DNA of 64,000 nucleotides from Gaiellales bacterium (GCA_038212095.1 JBBQUW010000009.1:13163-77162); one strand, 5' to 3'. Shown: positions 42,600 to 52,251, numbered from the stretch's first letter. The notes: a model not told the origin generated them from the sequence alone. Numbers and translations are program-made.

Positions 42600-44444
42600 T
42601 TGCTGGCGCTGCTGCTGGCGCCGGCCGTCGCGCGGGCGGACACGGCCAGGACGCTGACGGTGCGCCAAGTGATCGCGATCGCGGCCGCTGACCCGGCGGT
42701 GGCGCCGATCCTGCTGCAGAATCCGGGCGCGCACTGGGAGGTGATCTACGACCACCAGCGAGGCACGTGGTCGGCGGCGCTGGAGGTGAAGGGCCTGCAC
42801 ACCGTGCTCGCCGCCTTCACCATCCGGGACGCAAACAGCGCGGTGCTGGCACGTCACATCCCGTCGGCGCTCGGGCCTCCCCGGCTGTCAAGCGACCAAG
42901 CGGTCAAGCTCGCCCGCAGGTCAGGTGCGCTGCGCGGCTGGACCGCGCTCTACACGGGAGTGCACGGGCAGGCCACGCTTGGTGACGACCGCGTGTGGAC
43001 GGTGCGGTTCGACGACGGCGGTGGCAAGGAGGTCGCCGAGGCGCGGGTCTACGACACCTCGATGTCGCTGCTTGGCGTGCGCACCGGGCCGCAGGTCGAC
43101 TGGCAGCTGGCGCGTGGCCAGCCCGACTCCTACGGACGGCTGGTCAACCGCTGGTGGGTGTTCCTTCCGCTGTGTGCGATCTTCCTGGCCGGCCTGATCG
43201 ATTGGCGGCGGCCGGTCTCGCTGCGCACGCTCGACCTGCTGGCGCTGCTCTCGTTTGGCATCTCGCTGATCTGGTTCGTGCGTGGCGACGTGTTCTGGTC
43301 GACGCCGCTGGTCTACCCGCCGCTGGTGTATCTGCTCGCGCGGATGCTGGGCGTCGGCTTCACGCATCGTCCGCGGCATGTCGAGATCGGCTCCACCCAT
43401 GCGCTGCTGCTGGTCGCCGTCACGTTCGCCCTGATCGGGTTTCGGCTGGGGCTGAACAACCAGAACTCGAACATCCTCGACGTCGGCTACGCCGGGGTGG
43501 TGGGTGCCGATCGTGTGATGCACGGCACGCTGCCCTATGGCCACATGCCAACCCGCAGCGGCACCGAGTGTGCCGGGCGTTACTCCAACGGCGATCCGAT
43601 CGGCTACGTGCAGTCGACCAGCGGCCGCTGCGAGTCGCCGATCGAGTCCGGCGATACCTACGGTCCGACGGTCTACCTGGCATACGTACCGTTCGTGGCC
43701 ATCTTCGGTTGGAGTGGGTTGTGGGACAGCCTTCCCGCCGCGCACGTCGCCGCTTCGGCATTCGATCTGCTGACGATGGCCGGTCTGTTCGTCGCCGGTT
43801 GGCGTTTTCGATCCGCCCGGCTGGGCGTGATGCTCGCCTTCGCCTGGGCGGCTGACCCGTTCACCCTGTATGCGCTCAACATGAACACCAACGACGCCCT
43901 GGTGGGGGCGCTGCTGACATGGATGATCGCGGCCCTCTCGCTGCCCGGTGTGCGAGGGGTGCTGCTGGCGGCGGCCGGCTTGACCAAGTTCGGTCCGCTC
44001 GCGGTGGTGCCGCTGATGCTCTCGCTGCGCCGCCGGTCGGCGACGGCGGTCGGACTGCTGTCGGGAGCGGTGCTGCTGCTCTCGATGCTGGCCCTCGACG
44101 GCAACGGCCTGCGGCTGTTCTGGGATCGCACGATCGACTACCAGCTGGGTCGGGTGACGCCGCTCTCGATCTGGACGATCGGCAGCTATCACCCCGGCTG
44201 GTACAGCCTGCACTGGCTGCAGCAGGCGCTGCAGGTGGCGGTGGTACTGGGCTGCCTGCTGCTGGGAGTGCTGCCGCGCGGCGAGAAGGACGCAGCGCAG
44301 GTGGCCGCCCTCGCGGCGGCGGCCGTGATCTCCACCCAGCTCGTCTCGAGCTACTGGTTCTACCCCTACATCTGCTGGTGGCTGCCGCTGGTGCTGCTTG
44401 GCCTGCTGCTGCCGCGCGCCGAGCGGGGGCTCACTCCACGCTGA
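42600..44444 (+). CDS. GT-C-fold membrane glycosyltransferase (DUF2029/GT87-like) with N-terminal extracytoplasmic PepSY-like repeats; start uncertain
   Basis: multi-TM body with long loops; TTG 42600 is the first plausible start after gtrA stop (only in-frame ATGs lie >170 nt inside gtrA). Confidence 0.6.
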   Translation: MLALLLAPAVARADTARTLTVRQVIAIAAADPAVAPILLQNPGAHWEVIYDHQRGTWSAALEVKGLHTVLAAFTIRDANSAVLARHIPSALGPPRLSSDQAVKLARRSGALRGWTALYTGVHGQATLGDDRVWTVRFDDGGGKEVAEARVYDTSMSLLGVRTGPQVDWQLARGQPDSYGRLVNRWWVFLPLCAIFLAGLIDWRRPVSLRTLDLLALLSFGISLIWFVRGDVFWSTPLVYPPLVYLLARMLGVGFTHRPRHVEIGSTHALLLVAVTFALIGFRLGLNNQNSNILDVGYAGVVGADRVMHGTLPYGHMPTRSGTECAGRYSNGDPIGYVQSTSGRCESPIESGDTYGPTVYLAYVPFVAIFGWSGLWDSLPAAHVAASAFDLLTMAGLFVAGWRFRSARLGVMLAFAWAADPFTLYALNMNTNDALVGALLTWMIAALSLPGVRGVLLAAAGLTKFGPLAVVPLMLSLRRRSATAVGLLSGAVLLLSMLALDGNGLRLFWDRTIDYQLGRVTPLSIWTIGSYHPGWYSLHWLQQALQVAVVLGCLLLGVLPRGEKDAAQVAALAAAAVISTQLVSSYWFYPYICWWLPLVLLGLLLPRAERGLTPR

Positions 44445-45213
44445 GCCGGAACGTCTCGATCGAGTGCGCCCGGCCGCTGGTGGCGTCGCACTCGACCACG
44501 GCGCCCTCGATCCGCACGCCGCCCTCGGCAGGCTCGAACCGCACCGGCAGTCCGGTCTGGAAGCGACGCAGGACGAGCTCCGCCTTGACGCCGATCACTG
44601 AGTCGTGCGGGCCGGTCATGCCGGCGTCAGTGAGGTAGGCCGTGCCGCCCGCGAGCAGCGTCGGGTCGTTCGTCTGAACGTGGGTGTGGGTACCCAGCAC
44701 TGCGGTCACGCGACCGTCCAGCAAGCGGCCCATCGCCACCTTCTCGCTGGTTGCCTCGGCGTGGAAGTCGACCACCACCACGGCGGCCTGCTCGCGGGCC
44801 TCGGCGGCCAGTCGCGTCGCGACCTCGAACGGGCTGCGGGCGGCGTCCAAAAACAGCTGACCGATCAGGTTGATCACCGCGACCGGCACGCCCTCACGGG
44901 TGCGAACGATGGTGCTGCCGTGGCCAGGAGCGGCGACGGCGAGGTTGGCCGGCCGCAGGATGCGGGGATCGGCGTCGAGGAACGGGTACACCTCACGCTG
45001 CCGGTAGGCGTGGTTGCCGAGCGTGATCGCATCCACGCCGGCGGCGAACAGCCGGGTGGCGATGCGGCTGGTGATGCCGACCCCGTCGGCGGAGTTCTCG
45101 CCGTTGGCGATCACCAGGTCGAGCGCCATCGTCTCGCGCAGGTCTGGCAGGCGCAGCTCGACCGCCCTGCGGCCGGGCGCGCCGAAGATGTCGGCGATGA
45201 ACAGGATCCTCAA
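44431..45213 (-). CDS. ymdB: YmdB-like metallophosphoesterase
   Basis: 260 aa; MRILFIADIFGAPGRRAV, VIANGENSADGVGIT, LGNHAY, GTHTHVQT. Confidence 0.85.
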   Translation of the reverse strand: MRILFIADIFGAPGRRAVELRLPDLRETMALDLVIANGENSADGVGITSRIATRLFAAGVDAITLGNHAYRQREVYPFLDADPRILRPANLAVAAPGHGSTIVRTREGVPVAVINLIGQLFLDAARSPFEVATRLAAEAREQAAVVVVDFHAEATSEKVAMGRLLDGRVTAVLGTHTHVQTNDPTLLAGGTAYLTDAGMTGPHDSVIGVKAELVLRRFQTGLPVRFEPAEGGVRIEGAVVECDATSGRAHSIETFRLSVE

Positions 45214-46055
45214 AGCAGTGGGCTCGCGCCAGGCGCCGGGCTGATCTGGATCGAGGCGTGGTTGCCTGCGTCCGACGTATAGCGCGCGACCGTCTGGTCG
45301 AGCAGCTTCGAGAGGTCGACGATCGAGCCCAGCTCGGTCTGGCCGGCCTTGACCGCCGTGCCGACATCGACCTTGAGGTGCTGGCTGAGGTTGCCGACGG
45401 TCACGATCACGGCGGGAGCCGCGTCCGGCCGGATCTGGACGATGCTGCCGCGTTGCGACCCGTTCAGGACGTAGGGCTGCACGCTCACAACCACGCCGTC
45501 GACCGGTGAGTAGACGCCGGTGCCGGCAGGAGCGCCGACGTCCACCGAGCTCGTGTCCGGTCCGGTGCCGCCGCCGTCCACGTAGTAGCCGGGGCCGCTG
45601 CTTCCTCCGCCGCCGAACAGCGAGTCGCCCAGGCGGGCGAGGAAGCCCGCGTTTCGCTGATGGCCGGCCGGCTGCAGCGGAATCGCATCGGTGCGTCCGG
45701 TCGCGTGGTAGACGATGGCCGTGATCCTCCCCTGCGAGACGGGCACGTCCAGCGTCAGCCCGCCGGCCGTGGCCAGCGTTTCCACGGAGGGCGGCGCGTC
45801 GGGCGCCAGTTGGGCCGAGTTGGACGGCGCGATACCTGTGCCGGATGCCCCTCCGGAGCCGGAGCGAAGCTGCATCGTCAGCACGACGATGGCCACAAGC
45901 GCGATCACGAGGCCCGCGATCAGCCCAAGCCGCCGCGGGCCGCGTCCACGGCGGACGGTGCGCCGCCTGCGGCGCTGTCGCTGACGGGTGGCGATCACGC
46001 CGTCCAGGGTAGCTGACGGGCTGTCGCCTGAGGCGAGCATCCCCCCGCTTTGCAC
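45210..46055 (-). CDS. membrane-anchored protein with possible degenerate LytM/M23-like C-domain
   Basis: Arg-rich N-tail, one TM, Gly-rich linker; VYSPVDGVVVSV...GNHASIQI weakly recalls M23 barrel without the metal ligands; alternative start ATG 46040; 4-nt overlap with ymdB. Confidence 0.5.
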   Translation of the reverse strand: MQSGGMLASGDSPSATLDGVIATRQRQRRRRRTVRRGRGPRRLGLIAGLVIALVAIVVLTMQLRSGSGGASGTGIAPSNSAQLAPDAPPSVETLATAGGLTLDVPVSQGRITAIVYHATGRTDAIPLQPAGHQRNAGFLARLGDSLFGGGGSSGPGYYVDGGGTGPDTSSVDVGAPAGTGVYSPVDGVVVSVQPYVLNGSQRGSIVQIRPDAAPAVIVTVGNLSQHLKVDVGTAVKAGQTELGSIVDLSKLLDQTVARYTSDAGNHASIQISPAPGASPLL

Positions 46056-46115
46056 GCAGTTCGTGCCCGGACTGGCCGCCGCCGTGACCGTCGTGCGTGC
46101 CGTCGCAGCAGCTTG

Positions 46116-46121
46116 GTACGA
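46116..46121 (+). promoter_or_regulatory. -10-like hexamer, near-leaderless AI-2E gene
   Basis: TGGTACGAT (extended -10-like), 9 nt, ATG 46131. Confidence 0.3.
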
Positions 46122-46130
46122 TGATCAGCG

Positions 46131-47330
46131 ATGGCGCCCGACAGCCCGCGGAAGATCGAGATCCCGCGCTGGGTGCAGCTGGTGGGCCTGCCGCTGATCG
46201 TGGTCGGAGCCTGGCAGTTGGTGTCAGCGGTCAGCCACGCCGTGTTCATCTTCATCGTGGCCGGACTGATCGCGATCCTGCTGAACCCGATCGTGCGCGC
46301 ATTCGCGGCACTGCGGCTGCCGCGGGCGGTGGCGGTATTCGTGGTCTACGGGCTGTTCGCCCTGGCGTTCTCGGGCGCCGGCGTGATCGCGGGCACAGTC
46401 GTCGCCGGCCAGGTGCAGGCCGCCACGACGGTGGTGCAGAAGGAGTTCACCAAGGCGCCCGGCCAGACCGAGACGCCGGCCCAGAAACGGCTCGACCGGC
46501 TGCAGACGTGGCTCGATCAGCATCATCTGAAACAGATCGACGTCACCAACCTGAGCGACACGGTGCAGCAGCGGATCAACTCGCTGGATGTCCAGAGCGT
46601 CTCGGGCCGCGCAGTCGCGATCGCCCAGGGCGTGCTGATCGGCGTGTTCGAGAGCCTGTTCAACGTGGTGCTGGTGATCGTCGTATCGGTCTACATGCTG
46701 CTCGACGCGCCGCGGTTGTCGCGCTTCCTGCGGCGGATGTTCCCGCCCGGAGCGCAGGACGACGACCTGATCACCCGCTGCGAGCGGGCGCTGGTTGGGT
46801 ACGTGCGCGGCCAGACGTTGGTGTCGCTGGTGATCGGCGTCACGACCGGCGTGCTGATGTGGCTGCTGGGCGTGACCGGCGTGTTCGCAAACGGCGCGAA
46901 CTATGCGATCGCGTTTGGCGCCTTCGCGGCGCTGGTCGAGGTGATCCCCTACGTCGGCCCGTGGATCGGTGCCATCCCGCCGCTGACGGTGGCACTCGCC
47001 GAGTCGCCTTCCGCTGCGCTGGCGGTCGCGCTGGCATTCCTGTTCATCCACCAGATCGAGGGCCATCTGGTGATCCCGAAGCTGATGGGCGGCGCCGTCG
47101 GCGTCCACCCGCTGCTGGTGATCTTCGCACTGCTCGCGGGGGCGCAGTTGTACGGGCTGCCGGGCGTGTTCGTGACGCTGCCGCTGGTGGCGGTCGGCCG
47201 CGAGGTGACGTCCTTCCTGCGCGGCAGGATCGGGCTCGAGTCGTGGTCAGGCGCGCCGATCCCGGTCGAGGTACCGGTGGAGGTGCAGCCACCGCCACCG
47301 CCCCCGCCGGCGGCCGAGCCTTCCGGCTAG
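46131..47330 (+). CDS. AI-2E family transporter (PerM/UPF0118)
   Basis: 399 aa; EVIPYVGPWIGAIPP, FIHQIEGHLVIPKLMG; Pro-rich tail. Confidence 0.85.
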   Translation: MAPDSPRKIEIPRWVQLVGLPLIVVGAWQLVSAVSHAVFIFIVAGLIAILLNPIVRAFAALRLPRAVAVFVVYGLFALAFSGAGVIAGTVVAGQVQAATTVVQKEFTKAPGQTETPAQKRLDRLQTWLDQHHLKQIDVTNLSDTVQQRINSLDVQSVSGRAVAIAQGVLIGVFESLFNVVLVIVVSVYMLLDAPRLSRFLRRMFPPGAQDDDLITRCERALVGYVRGQTLVSLVIGVTTGVLMWLLGVTGVFANGANYAIAFGAFAALVEVIPYVGPWIGAIPPLTVALAESPSAALAVALAFLFIHQIEGHLVIPKLMGGAVGVHPLLVIFALLAGAQLYGLPGVFVTLPLVAVGREVTSFLRGRIGLESWSGAPIPVEVPVEVQPPPPPPPAAEPSG

Positions 47331-47339
47331 CCCCGCTGC

Positions 47340-48749
47340 CTACTCGCGGTCGGGGGAGAGCCTGCTGACTCCCGACTGCGGCGTCGGCGCGAGCGCGTCC
47401 TGGTTGGATGGCGCGAGGTCGGCGGCCAGCTCGAACGCCTCCAGTGCGGCCTCGGCCCGGCCCATCCGCTTGAGGAACTTGCCGTACCAGCGGTAGGCCT
47501 TTGCCAGCTCGCGCGTCCACCCGTTCTGCTGCTGGATCGAGTCGATCGCCGCCGTGTACGCCCACTCGGCTCGCTCGGCGTTGTCCAGCTCATCGTAGAC
47601 ACGGGCCAGCACCAGGTAGGCATCGCCCAGCTGGCCCGGCATGGCGCCGTTGGCCAGCAACTCGACGCCCTCGCGGGCCTTGTCCGTCGCCAGCGCCGTG
47701 TCACCCATCTGCAGCGCGCAGCGCGCCTCCTCGACCACCACGAAGCCGAGGTCGAGCGACCCCGGCCGGGCGCCGAGCAGGGTGCGGGAGGCGGCGAGGT
47801 GCGTTGCGGCACGCTCCGTCTCGCCCGCGTCGAGCAGGTTCTGGGCGTACAGCAGGTGTGCGTCGGCAAGGGCGTCGTTGTCGTCCATCAGCTCGTAGAT
47901 CGCAAGCGCCCGGTCGGCATACGCGATCGCCTGGCCGACCTGGCCGGTGCTCGCGTACAGCCGCGACAGCGAGTAGTAGGCACGGGCGCGGCTGTGCAGG
48001 TCGACCTCCTCGGCGCCGTCGCGCAGCGCATCGGCCAGCACCGAGCCGGCGCTGCCGTAGTCGCCGGCGTCCGAGTACGCCTGGCTCAGCAGCAGCGTGT
48101 AGCGCACAAGCTTGGCGAGGTCGCGGCCGGGCTGCGAACGCAACCGCTCAGCGCACTCGTTCATCAGTGCGATTGCGCGCGCCGAGTCGCCTGAGCTGAT
48201 GTGCAGGCGGGCAAGCTCGATGTAGAGATCGGGCCGCTGGGCCGGGTGGGGAGGATCGCCGACCTCCATCGCCTGCTGGAACAGGGTCAGCGCGTGGCCG
48301 TCGCGACCACGACGGGCCGCGATCAGCCCAAGTCCCTCGTAGCACTCGCTGATCCGCTCGCTGTCGGCCTCGACCTCGGCCTCGCGCAGCACGCCGCGCA
48401 GCATCTCCTCGGCCCCCTCGTACTGCTCCAGGCGGACCATCATCATCGCGTCCAGGATCTCGAGCGAGCGGCTGCGCTGACCAGCGGTCATCTCGCCGGT
48501 GAGCTCCTCGGAGCTGACGCCCAGCCGGCGCGCGATCTCCGCCAGCACGCGGGGGCTCGGCCGTCGGTCGCCGGCCTCGATACGAGCGAGGTAGCTGTAC
48601 GAGCAGCCGTCAAAGGAGAGGTCACGCTGTGTCATCGCGCGCTTGCGGCGCAGATGTCGGATGCGGGAGCCGAGCTTCCTCAGGGCCTCGTTCGAGTAGT
48701 CAAGTTCGTGGTCCTGGGTCTCCATCCTCGCCCCTCTGTCGAAGTCCAT
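47340..48749 (-). CDS. XRE-family HTH regulator with TPR repeats
   Basis: LGSRIRHLRRKRAMTQRDLS...SYLARIEAGDRRPS HTH followed by ~10 TPR-like repeats; ATG 48749 favoured by TAAGCT 8 nt upstream. Confidence 0.8.
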   Translation of the reverse strand: MDFDRGARMETQDHELDYSNEALRKLGSRIRHLRRKRAMTQRDLSFDGCSYSYLARIEAGDRRPSPRVLAEIARRLGVSSEELTGEMTAGQRSRSLEILDAMMMVRLEQYEGAEEMLRGVLREAEVEADSERISECYEGLGLIAARRGRDGHALTLFQQAMEVGDPPHPAQRPDLYIELARLHISSGDSARAIALMNECAERLRSQPGRDLAKLVRYTLLLSQAYSDAGDYGSAGSVLADALRDGAEEVDLHSRARAYYSLSRLYASTGQVGQAIAYADRALAIYELMDDNDALADAHLLYAQNLLDAGETERAATHLAASRTLLGARPGSLDLGFVVVEEARCALQMGDTALATDKAREGVELLANGAMPGQLGDAYLVLARVYDELDNAERAEWAYTAAIDSIQQQNGWTRELAKAYRWYGKFLKRMGRAEAALEAFELAADLAPSNQDALAPTPQSGVSRLSPDRE

Positions 48750-48757
48750 TCGTGGCA

Positions 48758-48763
48758 AGCTTA
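48758..48763 (-). promoter_or_regulatory. -10-like hexamer, leaderless XRE-TPR gene
   Basis: minus strand TAAGCT, 8 nt, ATG 48749. Confidence 0.3.
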
Positions 48764-48795
48764 TTCGCGCGGCGTGGACATGTAAAGGCCCGGGT

Positions 48796-48801
48796 TACAA
48801 T
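48796..48801 (+). promoter_or_regulatory. -10 box, leaderless hemB
   Basis: TACAAT, 6 nt, ATG 48808; TGGACA-like -35 about 15-16 nt upstream. Confidence 0.45.
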
Positions 48802-48807
48802 CCGCCG

Positions 48808-49779
48808 ATGAGCTTTCCCGTTACTCGGCTGCGCCGGTTGCGGCGTACGGACGCCCTGCGCGGCATGGTACGCGAGACGCGGCTGGCGCCGTCCGACCTG
48901 ATCCAGCCGCTGTTCGTGCGCGGTGGCAGCGGCCCGGCCACGCCGATCACGTCGATGGCCGGTCAGTACCACCACTCGATCGAGACGCTGGTCGAGGAGG
49001 CTGCGGCGGTGGCCACTGCCGGAGTGCCGGCGGTGCTGCTGTTCGGCCTACCGGATCTGAAGGACGAGGCGGCCAGCTCCGCTTACGACGACGAGGGCAT
49101 CGTCCAGATGGCGCTGCGGGCGCTGCGGCTGTCGCTGCCTGACCTGGTACTGATCACCGACGTCTGCCTCTGTCAGTACACCTCGCACGGTCACTGTGGC
49201 GTGCTGCGCGATGGCCGCGTCGACAACGACATCACGCTCGAGCTGCTGGCCCAGACCGCGGTCTCGCACGCGCAGGCGGGCGCCGACATCGTCGCGCCCA
49301 GCGACATGATGGACGGCCGCGTGCGCGCGATCAGGGCAGCGCTGGACGGCGACGCGCTGTCCGAGACGGCGATCATGGCCTACTCGGCCAAGTTCGCGTC
49401 GGCGTTCTACGGCCCGTTCCGCGACGCCTCCCACTCCGCGCCCCAGGAGGGCGACCGGCGCGGGTATCAGATCGATCCCGCCAACGGCAACGAGGCGGTG
49501 CGCGAGGCGCTGCTGGACATCGAGGAGGGCGCGGACATGGTGATGGTCAAGCCGGCCATGCCGTATCTGGACGTGATCCGGCGTGTGCGCGAGGCGACGC
49601 TGCTGCCGCTGGCCGCCTACCAGGTCAGCGGTGAGTACGCGATGTTGACTGCGGCCGCCCGCGATGGTCTGCTGGACGAGCGGTCGGCGGCACTCGAGGC
49701 TCTGACCGCGATCAAGCGGTCTGGCGCGGACATGATCATCACCTATTACGCATCGCGCGCCGCCGCGTGGCTGTCATAG
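48808..49779 (+). CDS. hemB: porphobilinogen synthase (zinc-type)
   Basis: 323 aa; RLRRLR, Cys-rich DVCLCQYTSHGHCG, active-site Lys context MVKPA. Confidence 0.92.
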   Translation: MSFPVTRLRRLRRTDALRGMVRETRLAPSDLIQPLFVRGGSGPATPITSMAGQYHHSIETLVEEAAAVATAGVPAVLLFGLPDLKDEAASSAYDDEGIVQMALRALRLSLPDLVLITDVCLCQYTSHGHCGVLRDGRVDNDITLELLAQTAVSHAQAGADIVAPSDMMDGRVRAIRAALDGDALSETAIMAYSAKFASAFYGPFRDASHSAPQEGDRRGYQIDPANGNEAVREALLDIEEGADMVMVKPAMPYLDVIRRVREATLLPLAAYQVSGEYAMLTAAARDGLLDERSAALEALTAIKRSGADMIITYYASRAAAWLS

Positions 49780-51050
49780 GCAGTCCGCCGCGCGAGGAGG
49801 CGTCGCAGCGCCTGTACCGCGCGGCCTGCCGCGTGATCCCGGGCGGCGTCTCGAGCCCGGTTCGGGCGATGCGGTCGGTGGGCCGTGAGCATCCGCTGTT
49901 TGCCGCCCGCGGCGAGGGCGGCTGGCTGTTTGACGTGGACGGCAACCGCTACGTGGACTGGGTGCTCTCGTGGGGACCGCTGATCGCCGGCCACGCCCAT
50001 CCGCGGGTGGTCGAGGCGGTCGCGGGCACGGCCGCACGCGGTACCAGCTTTGGAGCGCCCACGGCGCTCGAGGTCGAACTGGCCACGGCCGTGGTCGAGG
50101 CGGTGAGATCGATCGACCTGGTGCGGTTCGTCTCGTCCGGTACCGAGGCGACGATGAGCGCCGTCCGGCTGGCGCGGGCGTTCACCGGCCGCGCGAAGAT
50201 CCTCAAGTTCGCCGGCGGCTATCACGGGCACGTGGACGCGCTGCTGGCGCAGTCCGGCTCCGGGCTGGCGACGCTGGCGATCCCCTCGACGCCCGGCGTG
50301 CCGGCGGCGGTCACGGCGGACACGCTGATCTGCGAGTACAACGATCTCGCCGCCGCCCGGGCGCTGGCCGAGGCGCATGGCGACGACCTGGCCTGCGTGA
50401 TAGTCGAGCCGGTGGCCGGGAACATGGGCGTCGTACCGGCGCTACCCGGCTTCCTGGAAGGCCTGCGCACGATCTGCAATGGCACCGGCGCGCTGCTGAT
50501 CGCCGACGAGGTGATCACCGGCTTCCGTGTCGCGTATGGCGGCGGGCAGGAGCGGCTTGCGGTACGTCCCGACCTGACCTGCCTTGGCAAGATCATGGGC
50601 GGCGGGCTGCCGGCGGCGGCCTTCGGCGGTCGCGGCGACGTGATGGAGCGGCTGGCGCCGTTGGGAGACGTGTACCAGGCCGGCACCCTGTCGGGTAACC
50701 CGCTGGCGATGGCGGCCGGCCTGGCCACCCTCGGGCTGCTGCGCGAGCCAGATGCCTACGCGCGGCTGGAGCAGACGTCGGCGGCGTTGGAGGCTGGGCT
50801 GTCGGGTCGCGGAGTGACGGTCAACCGGCTGGGCGCGATGCTGACCGCGTTCTTCCACGACGGCCCGGTGCACCGCTTCGCCGACGCCGTCCGCTCGGAC
50901 ACCGACCGCTACGCTCGCTTCCACGCCCACATGCTGGAGCGGGGCGTCTACCTGGCGCCGTCGCAGTTCGAGGCGATGATGCCGTCGCTGGCGCACACGC
51001 CGGAGCAGATCGAGCTGACGCTGGCAGCGGCTCGTGAGTTTGGGGGGTGA
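49767..51050 (+). CDS. hemL: glutamate-1-semialdehyde 2,1-aminomutase
   Basis: 427 aa; IPGGVSSPVRA, DEVITGFR, LGKIMGGGLP, GTLSGNPLAMAAG. Confidence 0.92.
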   Translation: MAVIGSPPREEASQRLYRAACRVIPGGVSSPVRAMRSVGREHPLFAARGEGGWLFDVDGNRYVDWVLSWGPLIAGHAHPRVVEAVAGTAARGTSFGAPTALEVELATAVVEAVRSIDLVRFVSSGTEATMSAVRLARAFTGRAKILKFAGGYHGHVDALLAQSGSGLATLAIPSTPGVPAAVTADTLICEYNDLAAARALAEAHGDDLACVIVEPVAGNMGVVPALPGFLEGLRTICNGTGALLIADEVITGFRVAYGGGQERLAVRPDLTCLGKIMGGGLPAAAFGGRGDVMERLAPLGDVYQAGTLSGNPLAMAAGLATLGLLREPDAYARLEQTSAALEAGLSGRGVTVNRLGAMLTAFFHDGPVHRFADAVRSDTDRYARFHAHMLERGVYLAPSQFEAMMPSLAHTPEQIELTLAAAREFGG

Positions 51051-51427
51051 ACGTGCTGGAGCAGATCCGTGCCCGCGCGGCCGCCGACAGTCCGCTGTGG
51101 GCGGCCGCGCTGCTGCCCGGCGATCCTCCGCCGGCCGAGTACGCCGGCCGCTGCCCGGACAGCCACCTGCTCGGCGTCGAGATGATCCGGGAGGGTTACC
51201 TGCTGCACGGTGGTCGGTCGCGGCTGTTCGGGCAGGACGACCGCGACCTCGCGTTGCTGACGGGCGACTACCTGTACGCCGCTGGACTGGTCGAGATCTG
51301 CAACACCGGCGACCTCGGCGCCGTCGAGACGCTGGCGGAGTTGATCTCGGCCTGTGCCCGCGATCGCGGCGACGGCGCCGCTGATCACGAGGATCGTTGG
51401 GCGCGGGCGCTCGCCGCGCTCGCATAG
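51047..51427 (+). CDS. small protein resembling a catalytically dead fragment of trans-polyprenyl diphosphate synthase
   Basis: GTGA overlap with hemL (alternative GTG 51053 with GGGGGG 5 nt upstream); GVEMIREGYLLHGG and TGDYLYAAGLVEICNTGDLGAVETLAELISACAR align with AVELVHMATLVHDD and TGDHLFARAFAELAATGDIDAVTMLSDACLALAR of the synthase at 58804-59754. Confidence 0.6.
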   Translation: MNVLEQIRARAAADSPLWAAALLPGDPPPAEYAGRCPDSHLLGVEMIREGYLLHGGRSRLFGQDDRDLALLTGDYLYAAGLVEICNTGDLGAVETLAELISACARDRGDGAADHEDRWARALAALA

Positions 51428-51470
51428 CCCGGAAGCGCCACGTCAGCGCATCGATTCCGTAACGCCCCCC

Positions 51471-51493
51471 GCGGAGGGGTCTGACCCCTCCGC
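51471..51493. terminator. perfect 9-bp hairpin between convergent genes
   Basis: GCGGAGGGG-TCTGA-CCCCTCCGC. Confidence 0.55.
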
Positions 51494-51581
51494 AATTCGG
51501 TGACACGGCGCGCCCAGCCCTCGCCACCGTCCGGCGCTCAGCGCAACCGATCGAGGCGGAGCGTGCGCGAGCGCCGGGTGG

Positions 51582-52244
51582 CTACGGCGTCCAGCGGTCG
51601 CCGACCGGCGTGACCACCAGCTCGTGCGTCCACGCCGACCGGCCCTGCTCGTGGACGAAATGCACGGCTTTGGCCAGCTCCACCGTGTCGATCTTCTCGC
51701 CGCCGTGGTCGTCACCCGGCCCTCCGAATGAGCCGTCGCAGACCAGCAGGCAGGCGTGGACGCCATCGCCGCGCAGCTCGTTTGCCGCCGCCTGGGAGAG
51801 CGCCCGCGTCGCGGCCGCGCCCGCTCCCCACGGCGCGCGCCCCGGCAGCGCCCGCCTGGCCGATCCGCCCGTGACCTGGACGATCGTGCCGGCGCCGCGC
51901 GATGACATCGCGGCGCCGACGATGCGATAGAAGTTGAACACAGCCGGCAGCAGCTGCTCGAGGTAGGGCGTCATCGCGAGCTCGTCGGTGCTGATCAGGT
52001 CGCCGCCGCCGAACCGGCCCCGGGGCGAGATCGCGTTCACGGCCAGGTCGATCTCGCCCGCATCGGCCACCAGCGACCGCAGCTGTTCGGGATCGGACAC
52101 ATCCGCCACCACGCCGGTACCGGGAAAGAGATCCGCGGTTGCCTGGCTGCGAGCGACGCCGGTCGCCCGCCAGCCTTGCTCGATCATGTGCTCGGCAACC
52201 GTCCGGCCAAGCCCCTTGGCTCCCAGCACCAGCACGTGTGGCAT
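51582..52244 (-). CDS. NAD(P)-binding Rossmann-fold (SDR-like) protein
   Basis: ATG 52244: MPHVLVLGAKGLGRTVAEHM...; ORF-track N-extension (to 52427) overlaps lemA and is rejected. Confidence 0.65.
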   Translation of the reverse strand: MPHVLVLGAKGLGRTVAEHMIEQGWRATGVARSQATADLFPGTGVVADVSDPEQLRSLVADAGEIDLAVNAISPRGRFGGGDLISTDELAMTPYLEQLLPAVFNFYRIVGAAMSSRGAGTIVQVTGGSARRALPGRAPWGAGAAATRALSQAAANELRGDGVHACLLVCDGSFGGPGDDHGGEKIDTVELAKAVHFVHEQGRSAWTHELVVTPVGDRWTP

Positions 52245-52251
52245 CGCAGGC

